From NCBI RefSeq assembly GCF_004010195.1, contig NC_057757.1:5014416-5078415 (forward strand): DNA of 64,000 nucleotides, written 5' to 3'. The translations under genes were made by a program, and so were the position numbers. Origin of the DNA: Chiloscyllium plagiosum (lineage: Eukaryota). Of this stretch, positions 25,772 through 37,951 are shown piece by piece. The notes below the pieces were generated by a model. The model saw only the letters and a list, made by a program, of their open reading frames with translations, was not told where the DNA came from and did no database searches. Position 1 is the first letter of the stretch, and every line of letters starts with the position of its first letter.

Positions 25772-25919
25772 GACTCCATCTGGGGAATCGGTTCAAACAG
25801 CCTACAGTCACTCTTCCAGGGTAATCACAACAGTGCACAGCAGTCGTCTTACGAGAGCTCTCAAGCTGGGAAAAAGAAAAAGAAGCAAAAGATGGTGCGG
25901 GCTGATCCTAGTATCCTGG
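25772..25919 (+). CDS. GIGYF1: GIGYF1-like penultimate exon (DSIWGIGSNSLQSLFQ...GKKKKKQKMVRADPSILG)
   Basis: tctcttgtgccag acceptor, G|gtaaga donor, 148 nt, phase 0-1; KKKKKQKMVRADPS motif. Confidence 0.93.
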
Positions 25920-25964
25920 GTAAGAGTCACTGTCCATTCTGATTGCATTGCCACTATTTGCAAG

Positions 25965-26280
25965 AGGGAAATGGTGGTCTCTTAATCCAGGACCCCAGGC
26001 TAAAGTTTGGGGGATGGAAGCTTGAATCCTGTCGTAGCAGATGGTGGAAGGTGAATTCAGTAAAATAGCTGGAATTAAAAGCGTTCAAAACCCATCAGGT
26101 TCCCCAGTGTCCTTCTGGGGAAGGAAAATTCTCCTTGCCTGTTGTGGCCCAGATGTGAATACTGACCTACAGTAATGTGGTTGACCCTTAACTGCTCTCT
26201 GGAAATTGCTGAGTGAGTCACTGAGTTCAAGAGCAATGGGGGATGGAAGAATAAAACTAGTGACCACATTACATGAAAAG
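25965..26280 (+). mobile_element. second shark tRNA-SINE family copy
   Basis: AAAACCCATC(T/A)GGTTC..GTCCTT..GGAAGGAAA and AATGTGGTTGAC blocks shared with the 45430 and 63810 copies. Confidence 0.55.
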
Positions 26281-27334
26281 ATTTTTTTTATTTAAAGCCT
26301 AGAAGGGATGTAGATCTGGGGACTGAATTCTTGCTTCCTGCTCTAAAATTGCTGATCTCGTCATTTCCAGTCCTGCTCATTTAGGACTTATTTCTAACAG
26401 GAGACTTCATTTTAACTCTTGTTTCCCACCACCCCCACCCATAGAAATATCTCGATGCAAGTAGATGTGCTATTTTTTTCTGGGTGCTTTTGCTTTTTTG
26501 CAAAATCCAGCCTGTCTCATTCCGCCCACACTCCTGATTGTTTTGAGAGTAATTGTAGAGCTGCATTTTGAGCGTGCTTCTTGCATGAAGAAATCTTCAC
26601 TCACAGTAGAACAGACTGCCTCGGATTCAATTCCTTGCCTCTGCTGAGCTGTCTCCTGTCAGCAAGGGGAGCAATCAAGAGGGCAGCAAAGACTAGGAAG
26701 AATTGGTTGCAATTCCTGCTGACTACAAGCAGTGACTGCTCCTGGAAAGTGATGACAGTATGGAGCTCAACGATGATGCTGCCTTCCTCATCAGTTGAAT
26801 AATTCCCTATTGATCCACTTCATTTCTCCATATTCACGTCTTGATGGAGTTACCAGACAACACCAAATGGAGCAGTTCATGAATGAGAAGGGAATAAGCA
26901 TTTCCCGCAATTTCCATTCTGTACGGAAAACCTAGCTTCTGTTTGCATTCTGTAGTGTTAGAAACTGGTTCCTGTCAGTGGTGCCGCCACAGTTTGAATA
27001 TGACATGCTGAATCCAATATGGAGAGCTCCTGCAATCCCTGGAATAAAGTATCACATGACTTCTGAGATAAAGTAAGAAGTCTTGCTCTGATCCAGTGTG
27101 TTCCTTCACTCTTCAATTGTACCTTCAGTTCACAAACCAAATAAGAAGGTCTTTTGGCTACTTAGCTTATCTGTTGGATGAAATGGCATCATGGAATGCA
27201 GAAAAGACAGCACTCCATGAAGAAGGTCAGGTAAAAGCAATGGATTTTGAGGAACCATGATACTTGAGTCTCTTCTGTGCATGGAATTGATTGGCTTTTT
27301 GACCTGCTCTCTTTGACTATCAAAATACTTAATA

Positions 27335-27815
27335 TTATTACAAAGTACCACACTTTAGGAAGAAGGCAAGGTCCCTGGGAAAGGTGCGGAGGAGATTTTC
27401 TGGGAATGAGAGATGTTAGTTACAAGGTTGGTCTGAGAAATCAGAGCTGTTTCCAAAGAAGCAAAAAAAATTGACTAGAGATTTGATCGATGAGTACATA
27501 ATTATGACATCTTTTAGATAAGGCAGTAAAGGGAAAGCTGTTTCCATTCCTAATGATGTAAGGACTGGAAGCCCACATTTAAGATTTTGCTAAGGGATAC
27601 AAAGAATACTTTACGGCATTGAATGCTGATGACTTGGAACCCTCTACGCACAGGGGTGTTGGAAGTGGAGATAATGATTTCAGAAGGAAATTAGATAGAC
27701 ACTTGAAATAAATAAACGCATGGATGCGGGGTAGAGTAGGGGAATGGAACTGACTGGATTATTCCATGGAGATGCAGGATAAATTTGATGGGTCAAATGG
27801 ACGACTTCACTTCTG
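27335..27815 (+). mobile_element. old CR1 3' fragment
   Basis: degenerate RT C-terminus and 3' UTR (GATGGGTCAAATGG). Confidence 0.55.
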
Positions 27816-28493
27816 TTGATGCATTTGGCTAGTATATCTCTTGGATTTATACAATGTGAAGCTAACTGAGCTCATCCAAGGGGTAGTTATACTGACACTG
27901 GCATACATTGGACAAGGGAGGGGAAAGTTTGAATGAATCACTGGAGAACTGAACCTGCCTTGGCCCTGATGATTCCTTGTAGTCCTATTGAGAAATCTTA
28001 CATTCTTGCAATGTGAGCATTTGTTGGCCTGTGACAATGATGCTCCTTCTTGAGCCACTGCAGTGTACGAGGTGAAGGTGCTGTCGCTTTTCTGTATGGA
28101 AATTTGTTGAGTGCTGAATATTTTGGCATGGGTGCTGCAGACAAGGCTAAGCCTTATTGAGCAATCTTAAAGGACCTGGAAAATCTGTATTTTTGACAGT
28201 GTTGACAGCTTCACGGTGACTTCCACTGCCAGCTTTGTTTCTGTTTTCCAGAGATTTTAAATTCAACTCCTTGCACTTTCACATTGAAAGTTGAACTCCC
28301 ATCATCCTTGTGTTATCAATTCAGACCTTTGGATTCCATGAGCATAACCATTGCATTAGCATACTCTTCTGTGCTTTATTAATTAAACACCATGATTAAG
28401 CATAAATCTAGCACTGAAATTGTGTCCATTAAAATAGAGCAGGGGAGATGAGTTGAGTTTAAATTAATTCCCATGCTATCTTTCTTTACACAG

Positions 28494-28561
28494 GCTTTTC
28501 TGTGAACGCATCGTCGGAGCGACTGAACATGGGAGAAATAGAGACATTGGATGACTTTTAA
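28494..28561 (+). CDS. GIGYF1: GIGYF1-like terminal coding exon (GFSVNASSERLNMGEIETLDDF*)
   Basis: tttctttacacag acceptor, phase 1, TAA at 28559-28561; matches the GIGYF2-type C-terminus FSVNASSERLNMGEIETLDDY. Confidence 0.95.
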
Positions 28562-31500
28562 ACAAGGTTTAAAAACAAAAAATATTCCTAAAAGCTGCCT
28601 TTGACTCCTACTCGACCGTACCTGGAACATGCTTCATGGCAGGTGGTCACAGTGATGGATCCAGGATCTCCGCTCCCTCTGCTGGCAAGAAGTGTGAAAT
28701 TCACTTAATTTTTTTGGTGAATCCTCTGGGTACTTCTGTTCTTCATTGGATGAAGCACCTTAATAACCATGCACTTTATTAGACGTTGTACATAGACTGA
28801 AACTGGAGATTTTCTTGAATTTAAAAAGTTCCTTTTTTTTGGAAATATATCTGCAAAACACTGTTACTGTTTTTTTTTTAAATGTTTTTTTGAAAGGATG
28901 TGGAGCCTGAAGAAATGCACTTAGAGACTGAATCCAGAACTGGAACTTTTGGCGTGCTATAATTTGGACAATGTGATTGCGAGTTTGGGTCCCTACCTAA
29001 AATAAAAGGAGGGGCAGAGAGAGGGAGATAGGGAAACCCAAGCGTCAGGAGGCCACTTTCTGAGTTTTACTTTGGTTGCACACACAGCACCAAGCTACAT
29101 TGGACTTAACTAGACAGCACTGCGCGAGTGTGGACTTTCAGCGTTTTCGTGGTGCTCTATACAAGGAATGTAAAAAAAATAATAAATAAGTACTTGGACA
29201 GGGTGGTTCAAGTGGACTGCTGCGTTGACAGCTTTTTTGGTTGGTTTTGTTTCTTAAAACAAGCAGCTATTGCAGCCCCCCACCCAAACATGGCATGCCT
29301 CGACTCACTGCCCCAGCCATGCTTCGGTTAATTTAGGAATCCTACCCCCTGCAGCAAGATGAAAGCAATGATGACCAATCCTGCCAAGGCAGACCCAGAA
29401 GCGGGTGCTAGAATGAATGGACAAGAGGAAAGGGTTGGAAATGGCAACAGCATATGCTCTGCTCAGCGTTCTTTGGGAGGTGACAAGACAGCAGCAAACC
29501 TAGGATCCGCCTTGCCGCTACCATCCCCCACTCCAAAGAAGAATTGACCTGACAGCACTGCAACAGCAGTATGCTCATCGCCAGTGTTGATATGGGACCA
29601 TTTCAGACTTTGCGTGTATTTCTTTAAAAGGGAGAGGTCATTTTATTTGACCTACTGGTAGGTTTTTTCCCTTCCAAACTTCTGTTCCCCATAGATGTTG
29701 ATCCAGAATTGGTTATAATAGGGTGCATCTCTGTAGAGAGTTTGCTGCTTTAGTTTTTATCTCCAACAGAGTGGCTCCAATTTAAAATGATGCTTTTTCT
29801 TTCCCCCACAAGTTCCTTTCTCGCCGTGAACCACACCTTGTCTTACAGCTTTTGAGAAACATGGTCATTCAAAAATAGCATCTGGCAAGGCGGACCTGTG
29901 CGGTTTTTTTCATAACATGATGCTCTATTGGAAGATTGGGACCCCACCTGTGTTTTATCAATGCGTGGTTGGACGAGGTAAAGGCGATCACTGCTTCTCT
30001 TTGCCTAAGAAGTGTGTTAAAAGTGCTAGTAAATACCTTTCCCTCCCACCTGCTGTTTCCTCTGCTTAGCTAGGAAAGTGCACCATTTAACTCAGTGAGC
30101 CACCCGTAATGGACTATCCCAGGTCACAGTCTGTGCCCCTTGACTTGGCTAAACTGGACCTGAAGCATTGTAAGGAGGTGGTTTCACCTAGGTAGGGCTA
30201 TCTGCTACTTATAGCTGCCTGGCAACTGCTGGTTTGAACATGCATGTGGTAATCAGATAAAACAACCAGTTGCCTCTGGTCTTGTAGCCTGTCTCTGTGC
30301 AAAGGCCAGGTTGAATAAGCCTTTGACCTTTGTACCTGTAGGGCAGTTGATTTTTTTAAACTGAATCCCCACAAGAGACACAGACGTTGCAGGACATGAG
30401 GAAAATGGAAAGGGGTGTTGCCAGTAGTTGAGCACAACTCTTCTGCGGTTACAATACCATTGAGTGTAACTGTAAAGACCAGTTCAGTATTACCTATGAT
30501 AAACCTCAAGTGTACTTTTCCTCCCAATTCAGTGAGTGCATCTCTGTATACTGCTGCCTTGAAATTCGTGAATGCAACTTCTCTTCCCCATCCCAAATCC
30601 GTCTCCTTCAGGAAGGATTTACATAAACCTCCCACTGTTTAAAATAGGAATGGGCCAGCCTACTGTACATGAAGGAGGTGGAAAGGTTTCGTGTCCGCTC
30701 AGGATACTGTGCACGAGAACCTTGGGGACCAAGAACTGTCAGTCACATCATTTACCAGAGTGCCGCTGTTGGTTGTACAGGCGCCATCTCTCCATTGCCT
30801 TAACAAGAATGCCGACCGCTCATTGTGCTTCTCCCCATGCCCTCATCTCTCGATTCACCTACAGTGCAGCTCAGTGCTGTTCCTGTTAGTGGATGCCAAC
30901 AGTAGCTGAGATCAGAAGGCAGAGCGATAGACTTGTTGCAGCTGTAACTTCCCTTCTCTGGGTGGGAATTTCTGAAATGCATTTAGCCTGATTTGGGGGT
31001 TACTGCTTATGTTATGTGATTATTTTGTTTTAGATTGTGTTGGAAGCCTTTTTAATAAAAAGAAAAAAAAACTACCTTTATGCAAGCAACTGAACTTTGT
31101 AAGTTAACCCTTAGACAAAATACAGATTTTTTTAAAGTGATAAATCTTGCTGAAACATAAGGAAGGTACTGCAGCTTTAATTGATTGGAAGTGGTGCGAT
31201 AAAGTGGACTTGCCCTTGAATGTTTTGAACAGTGCGATTTTATTTTTAGCCATCTCTTATTGCCAAGTTGGCACTGCCTTGAGCATAATCCATTCACAGG
31301 GTGCAAGCACACAGGCAAGGTTTTAACACTGGTCCTTTGCTTGTGCAGCTTGTTTGAGCTGAACCTATACTGGGGTAAGGGAAGTGTCGCACTTACCTGC
31401 ACCTCCCCCTCATCTCCCCACTTATACACAATGCCCATGAATCCAGTATTGCCACAGCAAGATTGTTAAAGGTGGCACTATCAGAGTGTGCCCTCAACTA

Positions 31501-33045
31501 TTCCTCTGTTTCTTGACCCCACCCCCACCCAACCACTCCACCCATCTCTCTGCTATAAATAAGGATGAGTCCTTGGATTCACTTGTCTTTTCCCAAGGTA
31601 AGGGATGGAGTTCTGCAAATTTGGGAATAACGCACAATATTTCTCTCTTAGGAGAGGTCTTCAAACGAGAGTCACTGCATGACTTCCAATCCACTGATGG
31701 TGTTATATATTATTGCCCTCTCCTTGACAACATTTTTTTTAAAAATAGTATAAATCACCTGGCTTGGTAGAATTGGTGACCCTAGTCTAATGAATTGGAG
31801 AATTCAGTGTTGTCATTAGGCTGGTTGATTGTCACTTGTACATTGAAATGTTGATGTACAACGCTCTTAATTTATACCTTTCCACCAACCATGACCAATC
31901 CACATCTACCAGTACTTTAGCCAATCGCTGTCCAACTCTAGGTCTTTTCTTCAGAAACAGCCCAGATGTGGATGCAAAGGAGTGTATAATTGCTTTGTTC
32001 ACTGTTCTTAAGTCAAATGAGCTATTTGTACTGAAGTTACCCTGATGAGGTAACAATGTGGCTTTATGGAAACTTCACAGGCCCCCAGCATTGCTGCAGG
32101 CTTGGTGGCAGCACTGACATCACGACGAGTGGAAAGCCCTTGAGATTTCTGGAAAGATGAGCACAGGACAAAACCCATCAACTGCTGCACGGGTCACTAT
32201 TTGGGGTGCTGCACTGACTACTGGCCCCACCAAAAACCCTGGCCATGGAGGTCGTGCATTGATCTGGGCTCAGCTATGCTGCTTTTTTAAAAAAGAAATG
32301 CTGATTCATTTTGTACTCCGTTGTGTTCAATTATTTCTGAATAGGACAATGATCGTGGGACTGATGAACCGAAAGCTCATCCAAGGCTGTTACTCGATCA
32401 GATATGAAGCACCACTTGTTACATAAGCTAACTTAATTCTGCACTCTTCAAGAGTGTGGAAGTGTATATTTTAAACTGTCTAGTTTTTGCGCCATGCCAC
32501 ATTATACTTTCTGGAGTACATCCAGGAATCTGGCAGATGAAGGACTTATTTTTGTGTGTTTGTTTTGGGGAGGGGGGTGGGGGGATGTGAATAGAAGTTT
32601 GACTTATTTGCACAGGCCTGTGGTTGATTTTAATTTTAGCAACGATTATCTGTAATGTATACTGGGGGGGGGGTGGAAGAGTGAGGGTGCAGGTGTATAA
32701 TGTACTTTTTTAAAAAAAATGTTGTGCATAGTCTTTGAGCTTTGTAGATATTTTGCTTACATCTCTGCTGTATGATAACTTGTACTTTTTTTGTTCATTG
32801 GAAGGCCCACTACGCAGTAAACTTTAAACTTCTCCCTGCTTTTTAAAAAAAATCCCCCCCGCCCCAAAACCAGAGATTAGGGAGCCCTGTGAATACTGCC
32901 TTTTCACAAGTCTTTCAAACCTTTGCGTTCTTTTGTGAATATGAAGGGGATGTCGGGGGAGTGGGGGGAGAACAATTGAGAACTGAAGCAAATGTACATA
33001 GTTTGAAATGTAAAAAAAATAAATTCATACCTGGGTTTCTGAAAC
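28562..33045 (+). other. GIGYF1: long 3' UTR of the GIGYF gene
   Basis: no recognisable retroelements; A/U tracts and TGTA motifs; ends after AATAAA at 33018-33023, beyond which repeats resume. Confidence 0.65.
33018..33023 (+). terminator. distal polyadenylation signal AATAAA
   Basis: AATAAA preceded by TGTA elements (32993, 33009) and followed by a U/GU-rich downstream element (~33048-33080). Confidence 0.65.
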
Positions 33046-33527
33046 TGATTTTTTGTGCCTCTATCTTTTTCCATTTGTTTGGATTATCATATTGGTGGCT
33101 AGGGATAATTATTTAATCCTGCACACGTTACAAACATTTTTGTGTAACACTTTGCATGCACCTACCCTAATTACTTCTAGATTCCACTGTTCCAACATTC
33201 TGCTAGCTTGTGTTCCACATTCTACCCATCCTGAACTTGGACATTTGATAGACTGCTGCCTTTGTCTTGCAACAAGTTCCTGTGCTCACTGGTTTACATT
33301 GTTTCCTGGATAGACAATGTATCCTTACTTTCAAATGCCTCTTTGAGCTTGCCCTTCCTGCTGTCTCTTTAATTTCCAGCACCTGAACCCTCCTAAGTTT
33401 ATCAGCACTTCTCTGATTATGGTCACTCAGATACTCCCAACTGTAATTGCTCCACTATTGGTGGCTGTGCCTTTCTTGACCAGAGCTGTTAAGCTCTGAA
33501 ATCCACTCCCTTTCCCTCCCTGATTCA

Positions 33528-33705
33528 GTAAAAGCCAAAAGAACTGCAGATACTGTAAATCAGAAACAAAAACAGACACTGCTGGAAAAGCTTCTGTGGA
33601 GGAGAATCAGAGTTAATGTTTCTGGTCAAAAGGTTAACTCTGATTTCTCTCCACAGCTGCTGCCAGACCTACTGAGCTTTTCCAGCAGTTTCTATTTTTG
33701 TTCCT
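33528..33705. repeat. short inverted-repeat (Penelope-pLTR-like) insertion within an L2 fragment
   Basis: CTGCTGGAAAAGCT..AATCAGAGTTAA versus TTAACTCTGATT..AGCTTTTCCAGCAG. Confidence 0.65.
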
Positions 33706-35392
33706 CCATGATTGACTCACTTTCCTCCTTTCAGATGCTTCTTACAATTTAGTTGTCTGATCAAGCTTTTGATCATTTGACCTAATCTTGTGTCTGTCAT
33801 AATCCTGTTCTAAATTGCCTTAATTATACTCCATTACATTCAAGGTGTTCTGAAAATCTAGTTTGTGATCAGATCAATCAGCTTGCCATAGTGGTTTACC
33901 TTGTGTCATAAGTCAGTAAAATGGGTTATATGGTCTTTTGCTTGTCAGGATGTGTGGGCACATGCAACATGTGAATTCCTAAACTGCAATGCTTTCAAGT
34001 AATTAGTTTGTAGTGTGCTTTTGGGGGAGTGTTGATGGTTGTGTAAACACTAGCCATGTTGTATTGAAGTCGCAGTTCCTGCTTGTGTGCCTTTTGATAA
34101 TGGGATAGAGCATAGGTTACACACAAGATGGGGTAAGTTCTGATGTGAGAAGCAGGCATTGTACCAGTGTAATTCATTAGCAAAGAACTTTTACAGCGTG
34201 GAAAGAGGACCTTTGGCCCATTGTATCTGCGTCAGTCATTAAGCATTTATCAAATCCCCTCAAACTTCCTGCTTCTCACCTTAAAACTACGATCTGGTTT
34301 TCCAGCTGTGGCCCAACTGCCATCATAACCACCTTTTGTCTTCAATGCCTTGACTAATAAAGGAAGTTTTCCATATGCTCCCTTGACTTAAGTCCTGCCA
34401 AAATATATTACCTTGTACCTTCATACCATTTAAGATTCAATTCCATGTGACACTGTTAAGCCAACTATTGCCAGTTGCTTTTGATTTCTGGTAGAAGTTA
34501 GAAAGATATTGAGGCATGACTTTGAGGGCAATCAGCACACACCTACTTTGGTAAAAGTGGCATTTTTCAGTTTAACTTCTTGTCAGAAGGTTCCACTGAT
34601 TGTTTCTGAAATAGTAGAACCATCAAACAATCAATGCAAGAAGAGTGATATCAAAGCTTTACAGAATTGCAAGTTATAGAAGAGATGGAATACTACAGGT
34701 TCAGAAGAGTCCAAGATTGATTTATGATCTGAAGTACTCAGGGTAACTTGGGTGTACATATTTTATTTGAGAGTTAGATGCAGTTCAGAGAAGGTTCACT
34801 CAATTCATTAGCATATTTTGTGAAGAAAAGGTGAGCAGGCTGGACCTTACCCATTGGAATTTGGAAAAAGAGAAGTGACTTACTAGAACTAGGGGATACA
34901 TTTTAAACATAAGCAGTATACTTTTTCAGACTGATGAGAATTATTTTTCTTTAAAGGTTATTAACCTATGGGATTCTTTTCCCCAGAAAACAGTGAAGGC
35001 TTGTTCATTCAACTTATTCCAGGCAGAGTTAGCCTCAACTATGTTGTCACCTTAAAAACTACCAGATTAGCCAAATGGAGTAGGCTTTAAAGAACCTCCT
35101 GCTCTGCAGCCCTATGTTCCAATCAAAGAGCAAATGATCAGGGGTTCAGCAGAGTGTGAGGCTAGAGAAACTAATTTGAGGCCCAAGAAAGTTATTGTCA
35201 GCAGCAGCAAATATAGCTGCCATCTGTTTTGCATTTGCAACTTAACCAGAATTTGCTTTCACTTATCCTGATCTAATTTGTTTTTGTGGGAAGATGGTAA
35301 AACCTGAAATTCAACATGCCTCAACACCTCAAAAAATGCCCAGTTGGTACAGTAACTAGTCTTGTTTCTGAACAGCTGAAGTCTTGACTGTC

Positions 35393-35472
35393 TAGTGTGT
35401 GGTACTGGAAAAGCGCAGCAGGTCAGGCAGCATCTGAGGAGCAGGAAAATCAACGTTTTGGACTAAAGGCCA
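35393..35472 (-). mobile_element. fragment of the same Penelope-like pLTR as 22761
   Basis: GGAAAAGCGCAGCAGGTCAGGCAGCATC..GAGCAGGA..ACGTTT. Confidence 0.75.
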
Positions 35473-35941
35473 AATGGCTGTACCCATCATGCACTGTCCA
35501 AAGTTAGATGTGATTCTGCAAATGGATGACAATTTCTGGATAATCCTGGATGTGGGAAGAATTTTAACACTACTTTGGGCTTGCTGTGATGCCTGTTTCA
35601 ATTCAACAAATAGGTTGCAGCCATTTGCTGGTTTATTTCTCAGGGTAATGCTTCCACCAATTGGTGTCAATCTGCCTTGTTGCTCATTTAAGCAAAGGTT
35701 GACAATTAATTGTCAATCATCATTACCATTAGTAGAGGCATTGACTGGAGCATTTTCCAATCAAAGTCCACTTGACAACTAATCTCATACAAAATAGATG
35801 TTGATTTTCTTTCCACCTCAAACTGATATTCTTGTGAATTGCTGGGAGGAGTACAGATGTTGCTTCCAGCAATACTCCAAACAAATACAATTAAATATAT
35901 ATAAACTGATTGGCAGACAAATAAGAGTTGGAATAAATGGG

Positions 35942-36400
35942 TCATAGATGTACAGCATGGAAACAGACCCTTTGGTCTAACTCTTCTAAAGTGACTATAT
36001 ATCCTAAACTAATCTAGTCCCTATTGCCAGCACTTGGCCCATATCCCTCTAAACCCTTCCTATTCATATACCCATCCAGATGCCTTTTAAATATTGTAAT
36101 TGTACCAGCCTCGATCACTTCCTCTGCCAGCTCATTCCACACACACCACCCTCTGCGTGAAAAGGTTACCCGTTGGCTCCCTTTTAAATTATTCCCTCAC
36201 CATAAACCTATGCCCTCTCGTTTTGGTCTCCCCTCACCCAAAGAAAAGACCTTGTCTATTTATCCTATCCATGCCCCTCATGATTTTATAAACCTCTATA
36301 AGGTCACCCCTCAGCCTCTGAAGCCCATTCAGCCTCTCTATAGCTCCAAACCTGACAACATCCTCCTGATAGGAGGAAAACCAGAATTGCACACAGTATT
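35942..36400 (-). mobile_element. CR1 3' fragment
   Basis: minus LQYCVQFW...RLRGDLIEVYKIMRGMDR plus 3' UTR. Confidence 0.88.
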
Positions 36401-37055
36401 GGAGTGCAGGTTCATAATTCTGTGAAAATGGAGTCACTTATAGATAGAATAGTGAAGAAGGCGTTTGGTATGCTTTATTGGTTAGTTGCAGCTATTGGGA
36501 AGGCCATTTTTGGAATACTGTGCCACTCTGGTCCAAATCTAGAGGGCATAGGTTTAAGTGGGAGGGGAAAGATTTAAGAGTCCTAAGAAACAACTATGGG
36601 GCAGAGGGTTAATGCATATATGGAACGGAGGAAGTCATGTGGGTGGTACAGTTACATTTAAAAGACATCTGGATGAGTATATGAATACAGTCATTGATAT
36701 GTACAATACGGAAACAGACCCTTCAGTCCAACTCCTCCACGCCAACCAAATATCCCAACTTAATCTAGTCCCATTTGCCAGCACTTGGCCCATGTCCCTC
36801 CAAACCCTTCCTATTCATATACACATCCGGATGCCTTTGAAATGTTGCAATTGTACCAGCCGCCACCACTTCCTCCGGCAGCTCATGCCATACATGCAAC
36901 ATCCTCTGCGTGAAAAAGTTGCCCCTTACGTCCCTTTTATATCTTTCCCCTCACCCTAAATCTGTGCTCTCTAGTTCTGGACGTCCCCACCCCAGGGAAA
37001 AGACTTTATCTATTTATCCTATCCATGCCCCTCATGATTTTATAAACCTCTTATA

Positions 37056-37951
37056 AGGTTCTGGATGTAGGTTTGCTCACTGAGCTCAAAGGTTCATTTT
37101 CAGACGTTTCATCACCATGCTAGGTAACATCTTCAGTGAGCCTCCGGACGAAGCACTGCTGATGTTTCCTGCTTTCTATTTATAGGTTTCGGTTGATATC
37201 ATTTCCTATGGTGATGTCATTTCCTGTTCTTTTTCTCAGGCGGTGGTAAATGGGGTCCAAGTCAATGTGTTTGTTGATCGAGTTCCGGTTGGAATGCTAT
37301 GCTTCTCGGAATTCTCATGCGTGTCTCAGTTTGGCTTGTCCTAGGATGGATATGTTGTCCCAGTCAAAGTGGTATCCTTCCTTATCCAAATGTAAGGAAA
37401 CTAGTGAGAGAGGGTCATGTCATTTGTGGCTAGTTGATGTTTGTGTATCTTGGTGGCTAGTTTTCTGCCTATTTGTCCAATGTAGTGTTTGTAACAGTTC
37501 TTCCACAGTATTTTATCAATGACTTTAGTTTTGCTTGTTGTCTGTATAAGGTATTTCAAGTTCATTAGTTGCTGTTTTAGTGTGTTGGTGGGTTTGTGGG
37601 CTACTATGATGCTAAGGGGTCTGAGTAGTCATTTCTGAGATGTCTTTGACTTGGAGGACAGTGGCTAGGGTTTCTGGATGCGTTTTGTCTGCTTGTTTGG
37701 GTTTGTTACTGAAAAATCAGCAGACTGTGTTCATTGGGTACCTATTCTTTGCTAATACACGGTATAGGTGATTTTCCTCTGCTCTGCACCCCATGAGAAA
37801 AAGAACAGGAAATGACATCACCCCAAAGAAACCCAAACATATAAATAGAAAGCAGGAAACATCAGCAGTGCTTCATCCAGAGGCTCACTGAAGATGAGCA
37901 AACCTACATTCAGAACTTCAACCTGAGCTACAAATCTTCTCAAAACTCACT
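37056..37951 (-). mobile_element. Penelope-like element with degenerate GIY-YIG endonuclease and inverted partial pLTR, inserted in CR1
   Basis: minus translation VIDKILWKNCYKHYIGQIGRKLATKIHKH..LHLDKEGYHFDWDN; ends are inverted copies (37131-37182 versus 37842-37896); AACCTCT TSD. Confidence 0.85.
37103..37136 (-). ncRNA. minimal hammerhead ribozyme motif (PLE-type)
   Basis: minus: CTGAAGA-T-GTTACC(TAGCAT)GGTGAT-GAAA-CG-TC. Confidence 0.7.

Noticed and set aside
30198-30889. 100-145 aa ORFs on both strands downstream of the GIGYF stop
   Set aside because: Within the inferred 3' UTR; no splice support or recognisable homology.
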